Below are positions 29,535-39,472 of a DNA stretch of 64,000 nt, one piece after another. Origin of the DNA: a virus (lineage: Duplodnaviria; Caudoviricetes). Both the position numbers and the translations under genes were made by a program. The notes under the pieces were generated by a model, which was given only the letters and a program-made list of their open reading frames with translations, did not search any database and was not told the DNA's origin. Every line of letters starts with the position of its first letter. The stretch's first letter is position 1. Location of the stretch: IMG/VR virus record IMGVR_UViG_3300047402_000065, positions 7,196 to 71,195 of that record, one strand, 5' to 3'.

Positions 29535-30335
29535 TTATCTAGGCTTCAAGAATGATAAATTTGTTGACAAGTCAACGTCAGGTACATCCGTAGGATGAAT
29601 TATCGACAGCTTAGGCTCCAATAATCTTGCCTGCTGCTCCGGATTTAGAGCAGGTGATTCTGCGGTGTTCCCATGCCTTGAAAAAATATCCGCCCAGTTG
29701 ATATCCTGTGGGTTAGTACGCGCCGCTGCGTTTGCCATGTTGCCGAAGGCATCCTGTGAGTTCTGCGCCCACTCTGCTCTTTTCTGTGACATCTGAGCGA
29801 GTTGCAGTTCAAGAGAGCGCTGGGCGATCTTGTTCTGCAGGTCAGATGCAAATGTATTGTAATATTTTCTTTGTGCATCGCCCTGTGCCAATACAGCATT
29901 CTTGCCAACATTGGCTGCGTTCTGACTCATCAGAAGCCCGGAGATAGTTGCGCCGATATCGCCTGATGTGGCACGAGCGATCTGCTCCTGCGTCGCGGCG
30001 GTGTTGGCGTCAATACTACTCATGTCATTGGAGAATGCACTTCCTGAGTTATAGCTCTTGCGGAGCTGATTCAACTCAGAGAGCATCGCCAACTGGTTAG
30101 GGTCGTACAAGTCGGGAATAAGGTTGTTGGCCGCCTTCTTTGCCTTGTTGGCCTTAAACATCTCGATACCGCTCTCGATACCACTGAGAATAGTTCCTCC
30201 ACCTGCACCTATAAGAGTTCCAATATTTCCAATAGCTCCAGCTCCTGCAGCTCCAGCTCCTGCAGCTCCAGCTCCTGCAGCTCCAGTTATCATTGGAATT
30301 ATTGTAGGTGCTAATGTTGCTAATGTTACCGGCAT
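29535..30335 (-). CDS. putative ejection protein with Gly/Ala-rich hydrophobic N-terminus
   Basis: GAAGA repeats, hydrophobic N-terminal helix then Gln/Ala-rich coiled coil, as in podophage pilot proteins. Confidence 0.6.
   Translation of the reverse strand: MPVTLATLAPTIIPMITGAAGAGAAGAGAAGAGAIGNIGTLIGAGGGTILSGIESGIEMFKANKAKKAANNLIPDLYDPNQLAMLSELNQLRKSYNSGSAFSNDMSSIDANTAATQEQIARATSGDIGATISGLLMSQNAANVGKNAVLAQGDAQRKYYNTFASDLQNKIAQRSLELQLAQMSQKRAEWAQNSQDAFGNMANAAARTNPQDINWADIFSRHGNTAESPALNPEQQARLLEPKLSIIHPTDVPDVDLSTNLSFLKPR
30235..30286. repeat. 15-bp tandem repeat (GCTCCAGCTCCTGCA x3 plus a partial copy)
   Basis: Exact copies at 30235, 30250 and 30265; encodes GAAGA repeats on - strand. Confidence 0.95.
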
Positions 30336-30772
30336 GACAAATCAATTTTAAAAATTACTTTATCATTATGTTTAAAAATATCTGAGCACACTTTTTCTAT
30401 AAATGATATAGCTCTTGTGTTCTTGACATATAAACCACACAGAACTATATCGCCCATGATACGCTTAACTGCATCCCAAAACTTTATGATAAATGACTTT
30501 GTCCTTTTTACGGGAACTATAAAGAATCCAGAAAGTCCTTTTACAGAGTTTTCTAAACATTCTTCGCCTATGTATCCTACAATTTCACCATCATCCAACA
30601 TAGAGTACAAAGACACGTTTGCATCAGATAGGTCTTGCAGTGTCCTGATAGCACATTGATAAACAGATGCCGGAGCCTCAATGTGATATTTCTCGATAAG
30701 ATCTTTATCTGTAGAGAATAAATCCACTATGATTCCAAGCCACCTATGCTTCGGTTCTTTTCTTATTTCCAT
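30326..30772 (-). CDS. GNAT-fold-like protein (T7 gp13-position analog)
   Basis: 148 aa; GEIVGYIG, LYVKNTRAISFIEK pattern; markedly AT-rich versus neighbours. Confidence 0.55.
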   Translation of the reverse strand: MEIRKEPKHRWLGIIVDLFSTDKDLIEKYHIEAPASVYQCAIRTLQDLSDANVSLYSMLDDGEIVGYIGEECLENSVKGLSGFFIVPVKRTKSFIIKFWDAVKRIMGDIVLCGLYVKNTRAISFIEKVCSDIFKHNDKVIFKIDLSCR

Positions 30773-33700
30773 TTATTTAATTAGCTTCACTTGTGTTCCA
30801 AAAGTATGAATAATCATCGCCTCTGGCAAGTCGTGAATGACTTTTACCAATATAACTCTTTCCTGAATACGATCACGAGCCCCGTCATCTTTTCTCGGGA
30901 TAAACTGCTCCCACCCGTCATACTGCTTGAGGTAATACGGCCCCTGAATAAGCGGGTCGAGTGCACACAGCATATTCTCATCCCTGTCGAGAAACTCCAC
31001 ACGCGTAGGCTTCATCGTCTTGCGGGCGCTGTTGATGCGCACTCGGATGAACTCTTTTTCTGAGAACGCCTCCGGACCGAACGGAGCAATAACCTCAAGA
31101 GCTATCGGAGATCCGTCGATGAGGAAGGTGTCGGTGTCGATGTTGTATGTCTCTCCAATCTTGGCTATCTGTGGGCCTGTCGTACCTATCACCGCCCTGT
31201 CATACACATGGTCATTATACCCTACCCACGCCTTGACAGCAGGATGTGGTGAATACATGAACGTGCGGATCATAGGTATCTCACCGGGCGTCTGTATGTT
31301 CAGCCAGTATTCATTGTTCACAGAATCCCAATATCCCGACACCTTGCTGCCAACGTCCGGAAGGACAGATTCAAGGTAAGGACGTAGGCGCGAGAAGTAA
31401 TTGGCACGACCAATATCCACCACGTCATTGTTGGTGAACAGATACACCGTATCGCCATTGGCGAAGAACAAGCCCTGGCGATACAATATCCCCTGGCCTT
31501 TGTCGGCATACTCAGCAGGATACACTGCCTTCGCTGCCGATCTCCACCACTGATCGTTCATGCCCGTATCACGCATGAGCCAATATTCCCCTCCTATGAA
31601 TGAGTCTATTCCGCTCTGCGCCACAAGATTACCGCTCTTATCGTAAAGTAATGCTTTACGCGTGAGAGCCATGGCTATGCCGTGCTCTGTGAAGGCATAT
31701 AGGTTCTCGCCCTTGTCGCCCATCTCCCGGTATCCGAACTTGATCTCACCGCTCTGATCATCGAAGTCAAAGGCGTTGTTAGCTGGGAATGACCTGTTGC
31801 CAGGCGTGTCCTGCACGTTGATAGCGGAAGGCAGCGACCACATCTCCCTTGTAGGGAAGTGCGTCTGCTCGACAAAGCCATACTCAGGCTTGCTGAAATA
31901 TCCAATAGGCAACTCGCTTGAATACTGCGGGTTAACCTGCTGTAAGAACCGGAATCCGCCCCACTTCCACTGATCCTTCTCCTGCTCACCGTATGTATCT
32001 ACATACGCCTGATAGATGTTCTGGTCCGCTATCGTCTGATCTGTCTTCCACCGGTTCGGCCTCATAACGTAGTTGATAGCCGGAAAGTACTGAAGTGGAT
32101 ATTTAAGTGAATAGCTGTAAGGCATTATAGCTCTGGACTCTACGGTGAACATCATGCAGAGCTGACGCAGGTAACCGAGATACAGCCACGACTTGTCCTG
32201 TATCCGGTTGGCACCCGTCGTCCGCTTAATGATGTAGTGGCGCGGGTTCATCTTGAAGTGCCTGTATGGGAAGCCGATACCCATAGCAAACTGCGTGTCG
32301 GCAGCGTCGTCATAGGCGTCCGCCTCCCGGTCTATCGGAGCGAAGATGGTCTCTCCGACGGTTGTGTCACCTCCCCAGAAACGGATAGGCGCCGTAGCAT
32401 CATATCGCACAAGGATAAGGTCAAGTGCTTGTGGATAGAATGGTGCCTGGTCGAAGACGATAGTAAAGAAACGATTTGAGTCGTTGATATGTGTGTAGGT
32501 GCCTGTGGCACCGTTAGTGTAGGATCCATTTGCCTGAATGTAGTTGGCGATGGTCTGACGTTGCGTAGGAGTGTAGAACGTCACGTTCATCCATTTCTCC
32601 ACAGTGCCGTCTGTATGCTTGATATACACGAACCGGTCTGTAGAGGCGGTAGGATGCGTAGAGGTAAGGGCTGGTATGCAATCCTCCCATCGCTCATCGA
32701 CGAGCAGGTATTGCTGGTCAGCGAGGCCGGTACCCTTGCCGATGGTCGCCTCCATCTTCTGGAACTGGATGTGCTTGTACGGCTGGATATTCTGATCGCG
32801 AACATCCGCGCCGGTGCGCACGATATTAACAATGTAGACAGGCTCTGTCCAGTTCATAAGCCCATCATCCTCGAAGTTACGCTCCGATGTTCCGCCCGTA
32901 TATGGGCGTCCATAGATAGTTGTGTCGGTAACAAGGCCGAGGTATGTTCCGCGCCCCTCGGTTATTCTATTAACACCCGTCAGTGGAAAAGTATTATTAC
33001 CCTGGTCACCGCCGTTGAACAAGCCTGGCGACTGGTTGATATTTCTCCAGCGTCCATAACCCACGTAGCGATACCCATCCCCGCCATTAAAGCCCATGCT
33101 CACGTCTTCCAATGGGTTGATAGAGCCTCCTGTCACATCCCGTATCATACGGGCGTAGCTGATCATGTCGATGAGGTAGTCGCGTTGCTCGAAGTCTTTG
33201 TTGTTGAAGTTAAACACCTCGGAGAAGAACCCTAGGGGAGAGACAAACTGCAGCGAATAATTCTGCGGGTTGGCGATCATATCGTTCACCATGTCAGGCG
33301 GCACGATGCCGTTCTCGATATCTGGCGAGAAGAACCACCCTCTGTCCTGATACTTGCCGGCCAATCCGCTATTCCCGATGTTGTCAAATACGGCTGGAAT
33401 CAGGTGGTAGCTAAACAACCCCTGCGCCACGACCCGCGAAGCGGAATCTGTGCGAACTACAGAGAATCCTTTTACCCAATCAGGGATATTAGTCACCCCG
33501 CCGAGCAACATTCCATGAGAATAATAGTTCGGACCAAACCCTGGCGGGCGGTAGTTTATAACATCAGGCCCAGACTCTGAGTTATCCCTGGAGACCATCG
33601 TGTTAGTGATATAGTTGTGACCTGTCGTATCGCTATCTTGATCCCCTGTTGGACGATACGGATGAAAATATGGGTACACAGGAGGATTCAGCCCAACATT

Positions 33701-35248
33701 AACGTGAGCGCCATGATTCCGTATCTCTCCATCAGTCTCTGCGACATTCAAGTCTTCATTGACTGTATTTTCGGTCTTATATCCCTCCGATATAAGCCCC
33801 GCCCCGCGCTGAAAAATATTCTTGAATGATGTAAGGTCGTCCTTTGCCACTGCATCTGTCAGGTCAAACACTTCGTGTGTCTGCGTCGGACTGTTCGTGA
33901 CATCAGCAGCCTTTACCGTCCCTCCGTATGAGTAGAGCTCGGTGGTAGCATTAGTATCATCGCGTCTGTTGGGGTATTCATAGTTCTGCCCATCCGCAAT
34001 CTTTGCAGCGAAGCCAGGGCCCCACACCCCATCAAAAGGAACCACGGCGAACGAGAACTTCTCTCCGCCCATATAGGCCTTGCGATACGCGAAGTTGTAC
34101 GGATCAGAATGCCCAGCCTTGCCCATGTTATCAATGACTGGGTGCATAGCGCTGCCGTCAATCTGCGTAAACTGCAGGTCTGCAGCCTTACTCTCCAACT
34201 TGACATTCATCAGGTTGAATCGGCGGTCGTAGAATTGGCAAGTCTTAGCGCCTGTCACCACGGCGAGGTTCTGCGAATCGGTAGCGGTGCTGATAGGTGT
34301 TCCGGGTATGATGTTCTGGTCTGCCGGGTCGATGAAATCCCGCCAGCTGACCTCCTCACGACCGATGGCTATCTTGGCGATGATGACAGGCTCGGGAGCG
34401 AAGCCGATGGCCTCTCCCCTGTTCCATGCCGTGCGCTTGATCTCTATGTAATCGTAGTTATGGAAGTTATTAACCCGGAAACGCAAGTGAATACCATAAC
34501 CGGTATTGCTATTAGGGTCAGCGGCATTGCCTCTTGTCTTTGAATAAGGAAACTGTGGCGAGGCGCTGTTAAGCACCTCTACAACAGGTATCATCGGCGA
34601 TGGCGCAGAGAAGTGAGTGCGATCACCCGCGTCATTCACGTAACGCATCTCATAGCTGTACAGCCCAACGGGAAGACCACCGCCACCTCCCACCGGAACG
34701 AGTTCGATGAAGGCGACCGTGTCCAATGCGACGTAGAGGTTTACCTGATAATCCTGTGGGTCGAAGTCTGCGAAGTATTTTTGAGTAGCTACGCTGGCGA
34801 TGAGGTCATTAATATCGAATATCAATGGCACAAATGACAACGCCGTGATCCCTATCTTAGGGCCAGAATCTCTGTCTGTGATATCATACTGCGGAGGATC
34901 GGCTACTGTAACGGGAAAAAGTGCAGACTGAAGGACTATCGTTCCGTTAATACGGATAAGGGACGGAAGAATAGCGTCTGCATCCGCCCACACCTCGATG
35001 TCATTATCCCCCTGTACATCTTTGATCATGCACTGGTAGGTGCTCGCAGGAAGATTATTTGGGTATAATATCTCCTCACCACCGATCTTTTTTACTACGT
35101 CATTGTTGTTGCCAGCCCCCTGAATACGCCCATTGCGCATGTCCACATACTTTCCTGTATCCTGATTGCCGGATAGCTCGAAAGATGTGTCTGCGTCTGC
35201 CCCGTTGCCGAGGGTTCGCATCTGCCACGGTCCATGTTCCTGCTTCAT
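30773..35248 (-). CDS. tail muzzle/stabilization protein (crAss-like)
   Basis: 1491 aa directly after ring proteins; beta-rich; synteny with crAss-like tail module. Confidence 0.6.
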   Translation of the reverse strand: MKQEHGPWQMRTLGNGADADTSFELSGNQDTGKYVDMRNGRIQGAGNNNDVVKKIGGEEILYPNNLPASTYQCMIKDVQGDNDIEVWADADAILPSLIRINGTIVLQSALFPVTVADPPQYDITDRDSGPKIGITALSFVPLIFDINDLIASVATQKYFADFDPQDYQVNLYVALDTVAFIELVPVGGGGGLPVGLYSYEMRYVNDAGDRTHFSAPSPMIPVVEVLNSASPQFPYSKTRGNAADPNSNTGYGIHLRFRVNNFHNYDYIEIKRTAWNRGEAIGFAPEPVIIAKIAIGREEVSWRDFIDPADQNIIPGTPISTATDSQNLAVVTGAKTCQFYDRRFNLMNVKLESKAADLQFTQIDGSAMHPVIDNMGKAGHSDPYNFAYRKAYMGGEKFSFAVVPFDGVWGPGFAAKIADGQNYEYPNRRDDTNATTELYSYGGTVKAADVTNSPTQTHEVFDLTDAVAKDDLTSFKNIFQRGAGLISEGYKTENTVNEDLNVAETDGEIRNHGAHVNVGLNPPVYPYFHPYRPTGDQDSDTTGHNYITNTMVSRDNSESGPDVINYRPPGFGPNYYSHGMLLGGVTNIPDWVKGFSVVRTDSASRVVAQGLFSYHLIPAVFDNIGNSGLAGKYQDRGWFFSPDIENGIVPPDMVNDMIANPQNYSLQFVSPLGFFSEVFNFNNKDFEQRDYLIDMISYARMIRDVTGGSINPLEDVSMGFNGGDGYRYVGYGRWRNINQSPGLFNGGDQGNNTFPLTGVNRITEGRGTYLGLVTDTTIYGRPYTGGTSERNFEDDGLMNWTEPVYIVNIVRTGADVRDQNIQPYKHIQFQKMEATIGKGTGLADQQYLLVDERWEDCIPALTSTHPTASTDRFVYIKHTDGTVEKWMNVTFYTPTQRQTIANYIQANGSYTNGATGTYTHINDSNRFFTIVFDQAPFYPQALDLILVRYDATAPIRFWGGDTTVGETIFAPIDREADAYDDAADTQFAMGIGFPYRHFKMNPRHYIIKRTTGANRIQDKSWLYLGYLRQLCMMFTVESRAIMPYSYSLKYPLQYFPAINYVMRPNRWKTDQTIADQNIYQAYVDTYGEQEKDQWKWGGFRFLQQVNPQYSSELPIGYFSKPEYGFVEQTHFPTREMWSLPSAINVQDTPGNRSFPANNAFDFDDQSGEIKFGYREMGDKGENLYAFTEHGIAMALTRKALLYDKSGNLVAQSGIDSFIGGEYWLMRDTGMNDQWWRSAAKAVYPAEYADKGQGILYRQGLFFANGDTVYLFTNNDVVDIGRANYFSRLRPYLESVLPDVGSKVSGYWDSVNNEYWLNIQTPGEIPMIRTFMYSPHPAVKAWVGYNDHVYDRAVIGTTGPQIAKIGETYNIDTDTFLIDGSPIALEVIAPFGPEAFSEKEFIRVRINSARKTMKPTRVEFLDRDENMLCALDPLIQGPYYLKQYDGWEQFIPRKDDGARDRIQERVILVKVIHDLPEAMIIHTFGTQVKLIK

Positions 35249-35254
35249 CTGCTA

Positions 35255-36055
35255 TTACATGAATGTCCAACGATACATATATTCCTTGTAGTCATCACGA
35301 GCACCTTTGTCCATGCGGGCTACGGCGCGACGTGCTTTGTACCAAGAACCCTTCCCAGAGTTGTTATCCTCCTTGTCAAGGCGCTGAGAATATATCTTCC
35401 AGACGTTTGTGTATTGAGCGGGGTTGTCAACCATGAGTGCTCGTGACACCGCCTCGCTAACGTAATCTACGACAGCGGTACGCAAAAACTGCGGAACCAA
35501 TGGCACGTCACCAAAAGGTGCCGTGAACCCTACTGCGCGAATGTGGATATTATCGAAGCGACGCACAGAGGTAGAGTACATGAAGATGCCATTCTCCACA
35601 TTGTAGTAGTAGAGAATCTCGCCAAGAGGATTTAGCCTTCCAAGCTGTTCGGTGAATGGAGCGCGGAGGAAATTGTTTCTGTTGATATAGAATGGATCGC
35701 TCGACCCATCCCTTCTCGCCTTAGCAACAACACGTCCACCCTCAGAGTAGAAATCACTCTTATGCCAGATCTTTGTCATCTGTCCCGGCTCGCACAGGTC
35801 GCCACAATATCCATACGCTTCTTTCACATTAAAGATGCCCTGCGGCAACTCGACAGCACTTCCATCTTTATCGACGAGGATGTTCACACGCTGGTCATGC
35901 CATAGAGAGTCAAGATCGAACTCTTCGAGGCAATGCTGTATCTGCGACTCGTAAAATCCGCGATGGATTTTTTTGAACTCACGATCTCCGAGGTTCTGAG
36001 CACATTCAAAAAGAATCTGCTGCGGTGTAAGGAAGTTATGGCGCGAGAACTGCAT
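35255..36055 (-). CDS. tail ring/adaptor protein
   Basis: 266 aa; synteny (portal-MCP-rings-muzzle); helical-beta-helical layout with VPLVPQFLRTAVVDY. Confidence 0.55.
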   Translation of the reverse strand: MQFSRHNFLTPQQILFECAQNLGDREFKKIHRGFYESQIQHCLEEFDLDSLWHDQRVNILVDKDGSAVELPQGIFNVKEAYGYCGDLCEPGQMTKIWHKSDFYSEGGRVVAKARRDGSSDPFYINRNNFLRAPFTEQLGRLNPLGEILYYYNVENGIFMYSTSVRRFDNIHIRAVGFTAPFGDVPLVPQFLRTAVVDYVSEAVSRALMVDNPAQYTNVWKIYSQRLDKEDNNSGKGSWYKARRAVARMDKGARDDYKEYMYRWTFM

Positions 36056-36804
36056 TATTGAGTCGGTGTTGTTGTGTCAACGGATGGATTTACCGAGGCG
36101 ATTTTCTGTGACGGAACGGTGTTAGAGTTATCATCAGTAGGGTCATCACCCTGGTTTTCTCTCGAAGAAGGTATCATCAAAATCCACCTGCCGAGATCCA
36201 AGCACTGACGACGCAGTACGTCCATCAGCTCTTCCGGGAACTCAAATGGCGCATCGAGATCAACTTTATCCACAGGAACGATGGTCGAATAAACACCCAC
36301 CTCCACATTCTTTACCTTTATATTCTCGATACCAATTAGTCCGATGTAATCCTTGTTGCGGAAGTAGTATGGTCTGTTCGGCGATGGCTTGGTGTACGGA
36401 TTCGAGTTGAGCCACAGCGCCTCCGATGGCGTTGTTCTCTCGAAGCGCTGCTTCTGAAATCTCGGAGGGCATCCCGGACCGCCGTCAGATTCGTATGCGA
36501 TGTATTCTATGCCACCATCTTTGTCAAAGTCGAATATCATGGATGGCAGTGTAAAATACTTTCTTCCTGCTACGATATCAGGAGAGACTGTCGATGTAGG
36601 CTCAACGACAGGAACTTGTGGCCAAATGGTCAGGAATGCTCCTGAATCACGCTTGCCGATATGTTGCGAAAGCAGGCGGTTGGATAGCGTGATGACCCAC
36701 ATGCCCACCTGCGTAGGCTGTATCTCACGATCGTCGATAGTCTGTTTCAACGCCGTTATGATGTCGTCTACGAGGAAGCGTAATGGGGTGCGATACAGTG
36801 CCAT
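36055..36804 (-). CDS. tail ring/adaptor protein
   Basis: 249 aa; LDAPFEFPEELMDVL motif shared in type with neighbouring ring genes. Confidence 0.55.
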   Translation of the reverse strand: MALYRTPLRFLVDDIITALKQTIDDREIQPTQVGMWVITLSNRLLSQHIGKRDSGAFLTIWPQVPVVEPTSTVSPDIVAGRKYFTLPSMIFDFDKDGGIEYIAYESDGGPGCPPRFQKQRFERTTPSEALWLNSNPYTKPSPNRPYYFRNKDYIGLIGIENIKVKNVEVGVYSTIVPVDKVDLDAPFEFPEELMDVLRRQCLDLGRWILMIPSSRENQGDDPTDDNSNTVPSQKIASVNPSVDTTTPTQ

Positions 36805-37571
36805 TATTTATTCAATAGTGAAATCATTGTTTGAATATCGGTTGCGGACACCTGATACGAAGTTGTCCCGTCTCCAATCTTCTGAGAAATAAATCTTAAA
36901 GCAAAGTCTACATATAAACTCGTTGCTGACTCTGGGAACTCCACACTGTCACTTAGCTGCAATGGCGGTGTCGGATATTTGAAGTATCTCACCCCAACAA
37001 GTTTGCGCGACACATCGGGGCGAATCTGTATCTCGAAGACTCCGCTTGGGGCATACGATGTCGATGAGTAATTCGCAAAATCCAAATAGGTGTACTGCTT
37101 GAAGCCATTCTGGATAATAGTATTGCCCGCCTTGAAAATGTTTTTCTGATTGATATTAAAGTCCTCGAAGGTACTCCTTGATGCAGAGTAATCGCTCCTT
37201 AAAAACGTGAGGTCTAAGCGGACTTTTGACTGCGCCCCAGTTACAGAAGGGTCAATCGTTGGAGGCTCTACCGTTACTGGCTGAGGATGAATAGACAGGA
37301 TTGTCCATAATTTTTCTCCATTAAGAGCGGCCGAATCGTATGCAATTCTTGAATAATCATTTGCCTGCCATATACGAACTCTTGTTATCTCTCTCAGCGC
37401 CTCTGCTGGTAGTTTTGTCTCTGAAAAAGCAGCGTTGATAGTCTGCACCATCATCTCATTAGCGTAAGCAAAAGCATGTATTCCGTCTAGATTAAACAAG
37501 TATCTATCTGACCCTTCTGAATCTAAAAGGGCCTGAACACGATTCCATGCGTTTTGAATGCTTATTGACAT
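36804..37571 (-). CDS. tail ring/adaptor protein
   Basis: 255 aa; RYFKYPTP...VEFPESATSLYVD motif. Confidence 0.55.
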   Translation of the reverse strand: MSISIQNAWNRVQALLDSEGSDRYLFNLDGIHAFAYANEMMVQTINAAFSETKLPAEALREITRVRIWQANDYSRIAYDSAALNGEKLWTILSIHPQPVTVEPPTIDPSVTGAQSKVRLDLTFLRSDYSASRSTFEDFNINQKNIFKAGNTIIQNGFKQYTYLDFANYSSTSYAPSGVFEIQIRPDVSRKLVGVRYFKYPTPPLQLSDSVEFPESATSLYVDFALRFISQKIGDGTTSYQVSATDIQTMISLLNK

Positions 37572-38437
37572 GCCTTATAGAATTGGAAGGCCTTTGCCGC
37601 CTTACGTTTCATGTAAACAGTGTTGTCATCATACATCCAGTGAAGAGACTTTAAAACATCATCCGTTCTGCTAATATGAATCATGCGTATGTTGTTTTTT
37701 CTTTCAGGATGCCTAGTATACATTCTAAAATCAGAAATCCCCGCTTCCGACTTTAATATTTCGCCTATTGAAGTACACAATGACTCTGTTCCTGTAAATG
37801 AAACAGTTGCACACCTTCTTCTGTTGTTTTTTATAGAAATGCTGCCATCTCCATCAAAAACACCTCTTATAAAATGCCTCCAAACCCACCTTGAAATAGT
37901 TGGGAACTCAGCCTTGTGTGTTTTGTCATGAACCATTCCTAGTTCAGCTAAGCGATCAGACATGTGGCGGCTGTTAAGATGGATAAGAGCAGTCCTTCGC
38001 CGCCCCTGTCTTGGATCATTGTAAAAAAGAATTGGCTGATTGCTTCTCACAAAATCTCTGAACCGAACGATAACGTCTATGTCGTCCTCATTCTGCGTAA
38101 GGGCAATCGTCCCTCTCTTCTGATTATTATGCCCATCAGCATAAAGAAGTCCAAGGTGATATGCAGACGACTGATCTGTTATGTCATCAAAAACATGCTC
38201 ATTAACGGTGTACTGTCGCTTATTCTCTGAGTTTGTCCTGGTCTTTACGCCAGCCTCCTGCAACATCTTTCGTCCAAGCCATTGTGTAATCTCATACTTT
38301 AAAGAAATCTCTCTCAACGACTTACCTTCTTTATAATCTGCGACGACCTGTTCGGCGCATCGCTCACGAGAGGCTATCCCCTTTTGCTTAAACAAGGTTC
38401 GATCCGAATGCTTATATCGAGGATGTTCTGTCGCCAT
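37562..38437 (-). mobile_element. free-standing LAGLIDADG homing endonuclease
   Basis: Two motifs YHLGLLYADGH and HFIRGVFDGDGS plus N-terminal HTH; true start ATG 38437; AT-rich. Confidence 0.85.
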
Positions 38438-38441
38438 GCTC

Positions 38442-38449
38442 CAAATATA
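38442..38449 (-). promoter_or_regulatory. Bacteroidota -7 promoter element for the endonuclease
   Basis: TATATTTG on - strand, 4 nt before ATG. Confidence 0.55.
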
Positions 38450-38452
38450 AAT

Positions 38453-38486
38453 AAAAAAGACCTCTGTTGTGCGGAGGTCTTTTTTT
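38453..38486. terminator. bidirectional intrinsic terminator
   Basis: AAAAAAGACCTC-TGTTGTGCG-GAGGTCTTTTTTT. Confidence 0.85.
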
Positions 38487-38498
38487 ATGCGTTTGCCA

Positions 38499-39383
38499 TT
38501 ACGCGTTTGCGTGGGTCTTCTTCGACCCAACACTTCCGTCGCCCATGTCGAACAACCCATCCCTGGTGTTGTCGCGGGCAATTCTTTTTGACATCTGCTC
38601 GGCGGTGCTTAACTCATCGCCAACCATTTTATCAACAAGCTCCATGCGCATCCATTCCACGTCGGTACCCACCTCGATGCCGGCCTGGCGTGCCTTTGCG
38701 GCCACCTGGCTTGGGGTCCATGTATTGGCGATAGAGAGCATACGAGCTGCTACTGCCGCCCGTGCCGCCTTGTCGCTGGTAGCGTTGGTGGCCCTGCGCA
38801 CATCGGAGAAGATCACCCCTCCACGATATTCAGGATGCCCTTCGATCCACGCCTGCTCCTTTTTGGAGCGGGAGCAGTAGTGGCAGAGTACGATGGACTG
38901 CTGTTCTTTGATATCCCCAACCCCGGAGGTCTTGTGCCCCATATACATGAACAGGGTGGCCTTTGGTATGCCTGTCTCCCGGTCAATATCGGCCATTGGG
39001 TTGTTAAATATTTTGCCGTTCTTCATATACCCTGTCAGGCATGTAGCTGCACGGTATGAGAAGTAATACTTACCCTCCTCATCGTAATCATCCTCGTCAA
39101 TGGCGTCTGTCACCCCATCGGCTGATGGCGATGGCTTCATTGCCGCAAGTGACTCACGGACAGTCTTCTCGATAAGAGCCGCTGTCTCGGACTTGAAGTC
39201 GTTGAATTTCTTTTCGGATGCCTCTAGCTGCTTCTTGAGAGCTGCGATCTCGGCGTTCTCGTTGCCACCCTTCTTCACTTCTGTGTTCTGTGGCTTTGAT
39301 TTACTCTGGTTGTGTGATGGAGTGCTCTTTGGCGCCGGCGATTCATTTACGCCGTCCTCCATATTCAGGTCGTCTTGTCCCAT
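38499..39383 (-). CDS. conserved-position hypothetical protein downstream of MCP
   Basis: 294 aa; same position as the post-MCP gene of crAss-like phages. Confidence 0.6.
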   Translation of the reverse strand: MGQDDLNMEDGVNESPAPKSTPSHNQSKSKPQNTEVKKGGNENAEIAALKKQLEASEKKFNDFKSETAALIEKTVRESLAAMKPSPSADGVTDAIDEDDYDEEGKYYFSYRAATCLTGYMKNGKIFNNPMADIDRETGIPKATLFMYMGHKTSGVGDIKEQQSIVLCHYCSRSKKEQAWIEGHPEYRGGVIFSDVRRATNATSDKAARAAVAARMLSIANTWTPSQVAAKARQAGIEVGTDVEWMRMELVDKMVGDELSTAEQMSKRIARDNTRDGLFDMGDGSVGSKKTHANA

Positions 39384-39429
39384 TTTTACCTTGTTTAACG
39401 TGTTTACAGTATTTGATTATTTGAAAGAG

Positions 39430-39457
39430 ATGGGAGCAGGTGTTACCCTGCTCCCAT
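39430..39457 (-). terminator. stem-loop after major capsid gene (terminator or mRNA stabilizer)
   Basis: ATGGGAGCAGG-TGTTAC-CCTGCTCCCAT, 11-bp stem; weak U tract. Confidence 0.6.
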
Positions 39458-39472
39458 TATCATATCCGGTTA

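Noticed and set aside
37562-38581. Group I intron or intein around the LAGLIDADG gene; longer 339-aa ORF start
   Set aside because: Flanking genes are intact with their own start and stop, no P7-type motifs were seen, and the extended 5' frame runs through a terminator and the upstream gene.
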